This document shows, one piece after another, positions 20,934 through 30,470 of a stretch of DNA of 64,000 nucleotides. Made by a program: the position numbers and the translations under genes. Below the pieces are notes generated by a model that was not told the DNA's origin, did not search any database, and was given only the letters and a program-made list of their open reading frames with translations. Positions within the stretch are counted from its first letter, which is position 1; every line of letters begins with the position of its first letter. The stretch lies in NCBI RefSeq assembly GCF_964204645.1, contig NC_134036.1, positions 9,837,859-9,901,858 on the forward strand, written 5' to 3'. This DNA comes from Tubulanus polymorphus (Eukaryota > Animalia > Nemertea).

Positions 20934-22032
20934 GGTAGAAGATTTTCTGTCACTCTGATGACTGAAGAGGGTAAGGCATTTGAGGAATTTGTCTCATTCG
21001 TGGACAGGCGGTTTTTATTTCATAAAAAATGAAAAGAATTAATTTTCAGATGCATCAAGCGGTCATGAACATGAAGACATTGATTCTCCGGTTTCTGAAG
21101 ATAACAATCCTGATACAGATGCTTCTTCTGTAAGGGAACCGGTATTTAAACAGTTGTTGAAAGGTATCAGTCTTTTGATGTAAATATTTTTTAAGAACAA
21201 ATAACCGTGTGCAGTGAGTGAATGAATAATTCAACTTTCTCCCATGAATCAATTCAGTAAATATACTATAGGTAAAATTGAATTTGTTTTGAGGAATACT
21301 CCTAGCCCATAGACTGTAGGATAGAGCTCTCACAAAAGAATTCGAAATTAACTGCATGTGCGTGTTTGTTCCTTATTATGCTTATTCTTCCAAGTAACAA
21401 ATAAATATTATTTCAGACCGGTCTCTTCGTTATTTTGGAGGAGGTGGGAAACAAAAAAATTCTTGCAAATTTGGCTGAGGTTGCAGAGACTAAACGTCAC
21501 GTTGGTAGAGAAATGCTTCGATATCGGTCACCAGATGAGAAAATGTATCAAGTGTCGAAGTGCCATGTTGCCATTGTAGAAATGATGGGTGCAACCATAG
21601 AGGATTTTGTACCAGTAGTCTTGCGACATGTGCCGGATCTAAAAGACTGCTATCCCTAATTTCCAATATAACATACTTCTATATAACAGAGAGTCCCAGA
21701 CTCAGCAGTTTGGTAGACAACGGTCCATTCTAAGAGACTTGTGGGTAAAACCAGGACTAACTATACTGCAACGCCCCCTATATGTTATCCCGTAACGCGA
21801 CTTTTTTGCATTTTTGGTCTTTGCGCACATTTTAGTTACCAAAATTTTCTTTCAGTATGGAAGACGATAATCTTCTTCTAACCGGCATGGATCCAGTAGA
21901 AATGCTGGAACGGATCGACTGTAAGTTATCATCGATTATTTACCATTTCGATTTTTATACATTTTCATATGCAATTTTTCTCCACTTTAGTCAAGTGAAT
22001 TTTCAAACGCTCCATCAAATTGGAATAAACAT

Positions 22033-22473
22033 ATGAATACAAAGGTACATATTACTAATGTTATAGAACGTGTTGGTTTAAAAAAATTTATAGAACACCC
22101 ATTTAGATATGTTAAAAAGTTTGTTTCAAATCAAAAAGTAAATGGTAAAGAATTATATAAAGATTTATTATTAGCAACACCTAATAAAGATGAATTAGAT
22201 CTAACCGATGCTAATGAAATATTAGAATCAAACACTGTAAATGAAATATTAGGAGCAAACACTAATAAAGATTCTATGAAACATAAAGTAGAAAATAATG
22301 ATAACTTTGATTGGATGAATAAGCATAACAATGAAACAACTATTGATGATGCGGTAAAAAGGGCGAAGAATAAGTATAAAAATAAAACAACTATTGATGT
22401 AGATTCGGTAGAGCATTTGAATAAATTGTTAGGGCCTGATAGTGAATTGGAGAGTGATAGTGAAAGTGATTAA
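22033..22473 (+). CDS. Polinton-associated hypothetical protein (possibly 5'-truncated)
   Basis: 146-aa ORF with Polinton-like AT-rich composition and acidic tail, convergent on the ATPase; no recognised motif. Confidence 0.5.
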   Translation: MNTKVHITNVIERVGLKKFIEHPFRYVKKFVSNQKVNGKELYKDLLLATPNKDELDLTDANEILESNTVNEILGANTNKDSMKHKVENNDNFDWMNKHNNETTIDDAVKRAKNKYKNKTTIDVDSVEHLNKLLGPDSELESDSESD

Positions 22474-22560
22474 GATATTAATTATATTTAACTCAAATAA
22501 TAATATTAGTTGAAAATTGTATTAAATAATAGTAAATAAAAAAGGGGGTTTTAAGTATTT

Positions 22561-22641
22561 AAGGTATCTAATAGGGTATCGGGTATTAGGGTATCAGGTA
22601 TTAGGGTATCTAATGGGGTATCAGGTATTAGGGTATCTAAT
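22561..22641. repeat. Short tandem repeats between convergent Polinton genes
   Basis: Repeated ggtattagggtatc / ggtatctaat units. Confidence 0.75.
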
Positions 22642-22659
22642 ACATAGTCATATAAATAG

Positions 22660-23271
22660 TTATTTTATAAATTTATATTCATAGGGAAATTGTAGCCTCA
22701 GTAATAATTTTGAACCTTTATTATTCTTTAATTTATTCATATATTCATCGTGTAATTCAGTAGGTATAATTTGATTTTCTTCCAATGATTGTTGCATAGA
22801 TTTTTTATCTTTGTTATAAAATAAAACTAGAAATCTAATGTTTTCTCTAAAGTCTTTAACAATTGAATTATATTTTTGATTTAAAACCCATGTTGTTATC
22901 CCAAAATGTCTCCCAGAGAAAGCTAAATAACATAACTCACTTTCTCTCACTTTTGAATCATGTAAATTTGCGCAATCATCTACAATGAATAATGTATTTG
23001 ATCCTTTATAAGTATCAATTGCTATTTTAATACAATTATCTAAATTTTCTTTTACTGTTTTAGGATTTAATATAATTAACTTTTTTATCTTAACTATATC
23101 TCTATTATATGTTTTATTCATTTCATAAGTAGGACAGAATAATATTATATTATCAAAATGATTCTTATAAATAGTTTCTAACAAGTCTAATATGAAATGT
23201 GTTTTACCACAATTGGTTACTCCAGTAACTAACATATTATGCGGTTCAAATATAAATAGATCTTTATTCAT
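22660..23271 (-). CDS. Polinton packaging ATPase (A32-like, FtsK-HerA superfamily)
   Basis: Walker A GVTNCGKT, Walker B LFIVDD, arginine-finger GRH, sensor LNQKY, ..FREN. Confidence 0.92.
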   Translation of the reverse strand: MNKDLFIFEPHNMLVTGVTNCGKTHFILDLLETIYKNHFDNIILFCPTYEMNKTYNRDIVKIKKLIILNPKTVKENLDNCIKIAIDTYKGSNTLFIVDDCANLHDSKVRESELCYLAFSGRHFGITTWVLNQKYNSIVKDFRENIRFLVLFYNKDKKSMQQSLEENQIIPTELHDEYMNKLKNNKGSKLLLRLQFPYEYKFIK

Positions 23272-24355
23272 TTATTCTTTTAATTTTACTAGATAAAATC
23301 CATTCATTAAATTTATCATCGTATCATTTATATTTCACCAAAGAATACTTTTTTCCTTTAAGAGTTTTTGTTTTCAATACTTTTTCTATTTTGTATTCTA
23401 TTTCATCTGGATTTGGTACAAGTGATAATTCTTGTTCATAGAAATAACCTAATATTTCTTCATCTTTTAGATCTTCTAATTTATAAACAAAAGGTTTAGT
23501 TAATATTATCTTTTTAATCTTGAATATTTCTTCTGTAAAATTTGGGGTATAACCTTTATAAAAGGTTTTTCTATATTTAGATATTCTAACGTGTTGTCCT
23601 ATTTTAAATTTAGGTTCTCCGAAATCATGTGTAACAAATGCTCCATATAAATTATTCCAAACTATTTCCGAATTATCTTCTTTTCTAGCTTGTATAGGTT
23701 TCATATTTATAGAACTATGTTTAGAATTATTATAACCTTTCACTAAATCATCTAACACATCGATATATTTATATGTTTCATTAGTAGTAAAATATTTCCA
23801 CATTCTAGTTTTCAATGTTTTATTAAGTCTTTCTATAATAGATGCTTTTTTATCTGAGTGAGTTGAAAAATATTTTACATCGTTATCAGATAATAGTTTT
23901 TTGAAATGTTTGTTATAAAATTCCTTACCTTCATCAAATTGTATCTTATCTGGAATAGCTTCTTTAAATATAGATTTAAAAGCATTTGTCACTTCTATAC
24001 CAGTTTTATTTTTGATTGGAATTGACCATGCGTATCTACTGAATATGTCTATAACATTTAATATCCAGAAATATCCTTTGTTGTATTCTTCTAAGTTCTT
24101 CATGTCAATTAAATCTGCTTGCCATTGTTGATCGATATATGAAACCATAACTTTTCTTGTTAAATAAGTTTTATCCATTTTCTTGTGGATTTGATATGTT
24201 GGTTGATTTTGTAACCATGATTTTAATTCACTATATTTTATATCACCATTTTCTTTATCAGATTTAATTTTATTCCATAATTCTGAAACGCTAGAATATG
24301 ATACTTCACTTTCTGGGTTATAATATAAATCTCTTAAATATTGTTCTTTTTTCAT
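23264..24355 (-). CDS. Polinton retroviral-like (rve) integrase with C-terminal chromodomain; premature stop at 23324-23326
   Basis: WQADL (D), IDIFSRYAW, QFDEGKEF (D), IIERLNKTLK (E), GYTPNFTEE. Chromodomain YKIEKVL..LVKYK*YDDKFNEWI has TGA where Gly is expected. Confidence 0.93.
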
Positions 24356-24369
24356 CTTATTTTAATCCA

Positions 24370-24759
24370 TTAATAATAATTTAGATTTAGTTTCAATGGC
24401 TTTATGATTTGACTTATTTTCTGGTATGATAGGTTTACTGTCTGTACACGGATACTAAGTTTCCGATTGTCATTGGAATCATCTTTATCATCAGATTTGA
24501 ATTTTGATTTATATATTACACCAGATAATATAATAACTGTTACTAATCCAATTGTAATATATAATTTATAATTACTTCCAGCATTAGAAGAATTAGATGG
24601 ATTATCATTCGAATCAATATCAGATAAAGTCTGTGATTCATTCATATCAGTTAATTTCTTTTTCTTAGCTTTTTTTAATTCTGAAGATCTTTTACCTAAT
24701 TCTCTTGCCCATTTAATTTATTCTCTGATCTAGCCTTTTTCTTAACTGCATCACTCATT
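24370..24759 (-). pseudogene. Small Polinton membrane protein (basic N-terminus plus one TM), frameshifted
   Basis: ATG at 24759 overlaps the upstream ORF end. ..KWARELGKRSSELKKAKK.. leads into ORF 24645 with TM segment LYITIGLVTVIILSGVIY. Confidence 0.5.
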
Positions 24760-25353
24760 TATTTTAGTTAATTTTTGTTCTGATTCATTTTCTGTTTCGA
24801 CGTTTGGTTGTAGTACATCTGTTTCGTTCTTACCTGATTTATTTTCCATAGGCTTGATGTTCGAAAATGTTATGACACCAGTAGAAATTAATGTCATAAC
24901 CGATCCTAATTGAAATGAAGCATAACCAACCCGTTTTTGTAATTCAGTCATAAATAAGTAGTCATTTTTCAAATCACTATATAATTTATTTTCATCATCA
25001 ATTGGTATTAACTGATTACATAACTTAGAATAACATTTGACAATACCATTCGAAATAGAATCATTTATTTTAGCTAATCTTGCCTCTTCATAAATCTTAA
25101 AATATTTTATTACTTTATCTGGTTTCATAGAGTCTAATTCTTGAAAAGTAATTATTTTCCCGATAAACTGATTACATTTCCCGCCAGCAATTAATAATTC
25201 TAGATGGTGTTTACATGTTAAATAGTATTCATAATCTATATTGTTATTAACTTGAATAGAATTAGAAACAACTGTATCTTTATTATCACTTATACCTAAA
25301 TCATCTAATGTCTTTTCAATATCAATACTATTCTTATTAGATTTCTTTGACAT
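24751..25353 (-). CDS. Conserved Polinton/adintovirus-type hypothetical protein
   Basis: 200 aa, tightly packed upstream of the integrase. The pattern L..G....F.GK..T..EL..Y..A......L..DL.ND....G..IT resembles a recurrent invertebrate Polinton ORF (recognised from memory, not searched). Confidence 0.65.
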   Translation of the reverse strand: MSKKSNKNSIDIEKTLDDLGISDNKDTVVSNSIQVNNNIDYEYYLTCKHHLELLIAGGKCNQFIGKIITFQELDSMKPDKVIKYFKIYEEARLAKINDSISNGIVKCYSKLCNQLIPIDDENKLYSDLKNDYLFMTELQKRVGYASFQLGSVMTLISTGVITFSNIKPMENKSGKNETDVLQPNVETENESEQKLTKINE

Positions 25354-25666
25354 TTATATTAGAGAAAAAAAGCAAAAAAAATATTATAAGTATTCTTCAA
25401 ATGATACCAGTATCTCTTTAGATTAATACTAGCTTAGTTAAAGGTAAAGAATTTTAGTATTAGTTATTGTTTTTTTAGTATTTTTTATTTGTGATATAAA
25501 GTATTCTCTTTTGAAAAGAATTGTAAAAGAAAATATTAAAAATTAAAATAGAAATAATGGCTAGTTGAAGTTATTGTTTTTTAAATACTTTTTATTAAAA
25601 ATCTATTTGATATCTCACTACTTTTGTTTATCTATTAGGAGCAGTAGTTATAACTGTCCAGATAAG

Positions 25667-25909
25667 TCATTTCGGATCCTTGATATCAAATTCCTCAACG
25701 TATTGTTCATTATTTGGATTATTGTTCCATTGATCAATAAATGTCTTTGCCTTTGTTAACTGTTCTAAATATAACTGTAAATCTAGTTTATTAGATTTGA
25801 TTTGATTTTCTTTCTTTTCTAAAGGCCTTAAATTTTTCCAACCCCAAATAAATTTTTTATTGTATTCATCATTCATGTTAAATTTAGATATTGGTAACAC
25901 GTGATCAAT
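25667..25909 (-). pseudogene. C-terminal half of the stand-alone HNH/EndoVII-like gene (5' part lost)
   Basis: IDHVLPISKF...WKNLRPLEKKENQIKSNKLDLQLYL, homologous to 12955-13170. Confidence 0.85.
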
Positions 25910-26154
25910 CAGTCAGGAACACTTTCCAAAAACGGCTTATTCTGCCAATTTCGGCGTTTTCCGCCAATAACGGCAGAATAAGCCGTTTTTGGATCACTCA
26001 GTTTTAAACTGCTACTGCCAATTTAGCCGAAATCGGCGTTTTCTGCCATTTTTGGCTTGTTCTTAAAAAACGCCATTTCCGCCGTTTTCGGCTGTAACAG
26101 TTTTTAAAACTACATCGCCAGAAACGGCGTTTTTGCGTAGATAGTTTTACAGTG
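25910..26154. mobile_element. One end of a CMC/EnSpm-type DNA transposon (CACTG terminus) with subterminal repeats
   Basis: Ends ...ttttacagtg (reverse complement CACTGTAAAA). Many cggcgttt/gccaattt repeats and a 22-bp inverted repeat at 25925-25993. Confidence 0.55.
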
Positions 26155-26597
26155 TGCTATTTATAGTGCATAGTTCAATGGGAATCCCTATTATGACATC
26201 ATCGCTTTCTGCTGGCATACATTTGTGTATCTGCACCGAAAAATTCATCTATTGTTCCATTCCAGGCCACAAGAAAGAATTGGATATAAATGTACAGAAT
26301 TTCTGATGGCAACAGTATAAATTATGTTCTTTCTGTATACCTGTACTTTATGTAATAAATATATACATACAATGTATCACAAATTGTTTCGAAAATGTTT
26401 GTTGTTTGTTGCAAATTTCGATGATATCTTACACGTGCTACAGGCTAGAGTTTACTAGAAACTACATAGAAAACTGCAAGGAAACTACAAACTTAAGTTT
26501 TCACGAAAATGTGGAAACTGGTAAACTATTGTGTGATGTGTGGTATAAAAGAAGAGCTCGCGGCGAACGCTGGAGCAGATACTATCCAGATATCACG

Positions 26598-27542
26598 ATG
26601 TCAGTAATTAGAGTAAAATGGTCAGTGAAAGGGTATCACCACTTCAAAGTTCGACCGTCGTCGGAAACTCCTATGGACGTAATGAAGGATCACGGAAATG
26701 TATTTGACCCGTATGCGATGATAGTAAAAATGCCAAGCTTAGACAATATTCCAGCATTTTTACGCGAGACAGTAACGCGAGAAGGCGATGGGAGAAGACC
26801 ATCCCAAACCGTTCGTTCAATCGCGGGCAAAACCGTCGGCAGAGTTCCCGCCAATTTATGTAAAGTTTTTTGGCGAGCCATCGATGCTGGTTACGCGGGA
26901 AAAATATACTGGTAAGTTTTGTAACTTGGATTTTCATTGAATCTTTGAAAAACTATTTGCCGTGTTCCATTGTTGAACAACCGAGATAAGTTGTAGTACT
27001 TTCGAATGTTAACTTCCGCACGAAACTTCATCTGTAAAGAATGTGTCTTAAATAGCTTGATTTCAATTAAATTTTCAGTTTTTATACGGAGAATGTAGTT
27101 TCTACAGGTCCAGCTCGATTCAGAAAGATTCCGCATGGCCGTGACGTTGCCGGTGGTGGAGTGGAGTTGGCCTGCGAGTACGTGGTGCATTTAAGAAGGG
27201 GATGCAAGGACGAAATAAGGCACTTGGCCCGACAGTATTTACGTGATGGTGACCTAGATCGAATAGGTAATATCCGCATAATAAATTCGCCTAATTGATA
27301 TTCAATTTTATTGGCGTGATAATCGGACCGTGATAATCACCGTTGATCGTATAGTTTAGATTATTCGTGTACTTCAACCAAACAATTTAATTTTTAAAAG
27401 AACGTATGCTTGTTTCGAAGGTTTAATGTTATCCGTAGATATTAAGTAATTTTGTAATTAATACACAGTTCTAGCCACAACATATATAATATTTGTCCAT
27501 AAATATATTTTTTTATTTGCATACTTCCTTTCAGATTTCTGA
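26598..27542 (+). CDS. Spliced HIRAN-like domain protein (exons 26598-26911, 27079-27266, 27535-27542), TE-associated
   Basis: VKGYHHF..NVFDPYAM..VGRVP..C|FYT..GGGVELACEY follows the HIRAN-like pattern. GT-AG introns have compatible phases. Confidence 0.7.
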
Positions 27543-27879
27543 GCTTTTGGAAAATCAGACATATGGAATTTGTATATTGATAATTTTATAATGGAGAAAC
27601 AGTCTATGTGAAAAATTATTAAATAAAAACCAGGTATTTGTACGTTAAATCGATGAATATATTGATTGGCTTTTTATTTTCTTATCGAAAAAGGATGTAT
27701 ACCTCGGTCAGTTGGTACATGTGGATGGTTAATGTAGGTCAGATCTTGCACCTTGAGATAAAACTAAAAATAAATTTTAGCATTAATGATCCTATATAAG
27801 GCAGGTGCTCAAAAAGTTGCGTAATCATGGTAATAAGCAACAAGTGAACTTTTGGCCGAGCGTGTCTGGTCAGTTAGAG

Positions 27880-30171
27880 ATGAGAGATCAGTTACCGATA
27901 GATGTTCAGTTACCAATGGAGGATCAAGATATAGTAAATTTTTTGACGGAGGTGGACGATATTATTGCAATGCAAGCTAACGCGAACAATAATCCCGCAA
28001 CAAATCTTGGGGAAAATTTTATGACATATCTCCAAGAAAGAGAAGAGGCAACGACAGTAGATACAGTTGCCGTAGAACAAATTGTGCACGACGAAAGAGA
28101 AGTAGTTGTAAGTTTTTTAATAATTGATATATTCATTAGGACGCAAGATTTAAATGAATGCGAATACGCTATTATACATCACAAGCCGAGACATATATGA
28201 ACTGAGTACAATTCAATCATCAAGTTAAAAACCCTGTTAATTGCATGTGTTTGGCAATTGCATGTGTAATTAGTCTCTACATGTAAGTGAGCTAATTCTC
28301 AGCTGTACGGGAAAGGTTTAAGCGATAACGACAAAAACCTTAGTAACAGCGACTTATTAATAATTCATATGTATGAGAGTTGAGAAATTATGCTTAGCAT
28401 TTAATAACCCTCAGTTATATAGTTTCAAGTTTATCCAGTGGGATATCGAACATCATTAAATGGACATGTGCCAAAATGAAATGTCAATTTCTATCTATTC
28501 ACAAAAAAATATTTCTACTTTTTCCAGGCCAACATTGTAGAACCAGTCGTTAAGCTCGTCCAAAAGCCCAAGAGGACCGAAAACATAAAAGTCACGGAAC
28601 TGTTAACAAAGAGGACCAACACATTAATTAAAAAGGTAAAGACACGAGCGAATTTTGCGTACGGATTTTGCGCTGCGCAAAGTTCGTATTTAACGAATTT
28701 AGCAGAAATACGGTCCCGCAGTCAAGCCATGTGTTTATCACGTGACCTCTACTCCTTTCATCATCTAGAATTGCGTCACTGACGAACTTTCTGGACGCCG
28801 CGACTATGCAGTAGTGAGTAATGGCGCATGCGCATTGACGACGAATGAAACAAAAATAGCGCCGAGTAACGCGTCCACGGAGTGCAGTTTTCGGCTGCGT
28901 CGAAAAATATCAAACATTCGGCGAACGACAAAATGCGCTCGAAACACTGGCGCACACGAGGCGAAAACTGCGCTGCGCACTTTGCTTAACTTCAACTTAA
29001 TCAGCGTTTGTTGTATCGTCGGTTGTCTCCACGTTGAAACTGTTAATCACCTCCCTATCCAATAATTCATGGTAAAATTCTATGTATTTAGCCTTCGTTT
29101 TTTTTGCAACATTTTTAGCGAAGTGTTCAGCGTAGATTCCCTTAGTGTAATCATCAATTTTGTCAATTAATTCACAAATTCTCAGCTTGATTTGCGCCTT
29201 AGTAGCGTTTTCGATATTTTGTCTCGCGGCCTCTTCGCTTTTAGTCGCACAAATTATATATTGTTGCGTAGACTTATGATCTAAACAGTTCTGATAATAA
29301 TTCTTTTGAGCTTTGCGTGATAATTCCGTGAAACTGTGTAGATCATCACTAAGTTGAGTGCACTTAAGTATATCCATATGATCATCAACACGCTTGTTAT
29401 CCAAATAATTGTTATTTCTGAACAACATCTTGACTGAAGTAACTTCGTAGTTTGAGGTGACGTAATGTGTGCCGATGTCTTTTGTCTCGTCCGATTGGAA
29501 ATTAATGCCTGCATCTTGAAAAGCCGATTTTCGTATCTTCAAAGAAATGAAATGAGAAATGTATTGTTATCATTGTTATATTAATTCGTGAAGACTATGA
29601 ATATTTGATATCATATATATTGAGTGGCATTTATATTGTTTTTTAGGCTCAAGAGGTTCACGACCTTACCGGTGCAAAGGTGTCCGTGAAGGTTGAATAC
29701 AAAAAGATCACCCCAAAGAAACCCGAAAAGAATAAATTCAGGGAATACAAGTCGTTTAGCGTGGAAGGCAAAGCTGTGCAAACTGACAATGTGGGAAATA
29801 TAGCTACAAAGAAAAACGTTACGCCTAGACCGAAGAAAACCTCAACACCGGCACAATTGAAAAGGAAGGCCACGCATTTGCCGATAATAAATTTACCAAG
29901 CAAACGTAGAATTCTAACGGATGAAACAGTGGATATCCCGAAAAACCCGGTGAACAATCGCTGTGGTGTGTGCAACGTTATTTACTTGTCGGCAGAAGAC
30001 AAGGCTCTTCAAAAAAAACACGGAAAACGTCAATGCACCTGGCTCGAATGTGACTTGCGCGGTTCGGGATGCGATTATTCGGTACACGCTATTTGCGCGG
30101 GAATTAAAGTCCCGGCTCGAGGGCCTTTGGCGTTATCATCCATCTCGGTGAAGTGTAATTTACATAAATAA
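27880..30171 (+). CDS. Three-exon PHD-finger protein (27880-28107, 28528-28635, 29647-30171)
   Basis: All junctions are phase 0 with canonical GT-AG and the frame is open. C-terminal CGVC..WLECD..C...VHAIC..C..H is a PHD-type finger. Confidence 0.75.
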
Positions 30172-30199
30172 ATCAGGTAAAACAAACGCGAAAGAAGAG

Positions 30200-30342
30200 T
30201 GAAATATAAGTCCCACAATCACGAAGCCGAAAAACTTGAAATAGTTTAATTTTAAAAATGTATTAAAAATAGGATTTTAATATATCTTTAACGTAACTCT
30301 ATTTCAATTTTTTCGGCTTCGTGATTGTGAGCTTATATTTCA
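30200..30342. repeat. ~45-bp inverted repeat just downstream of the PHD gene
   Basis: tgaaatataagtcccacaatcacgaagccgaaaaacttgaaatag ... ctatttcaattttttcggcttcgtgattgtgagcttatatttca. Confidence 0.85.
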
Positions 30343-30362
30343 GTGATTTGGATATTAATCAT

Positions 30363-30470
30363 CAGGTCCCAGTTCCATAGTTGTGAGTTAACTCAGAGTT
30401 GAAATCAATTTATTTTCACTGTTTTAACTGCAGAGTCAGATTTATCTCAGAACTGTGTAACTGGATCCTG
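30363..30470. mobile_element. Short MITE
   Basis: Imperfect 25-bp TIRs caggtcccagttccatagttgtgag / ctcagaactgtgtaactggatcctg, with 'at' on both flanks. Confidence 0.65.

Noticed and set aside
22033-22473. Capsid or protease gene
   Set aside because: No jelly-roll or adenain motifs; low-complexity Asn/Asp/Lys-rich sequence.
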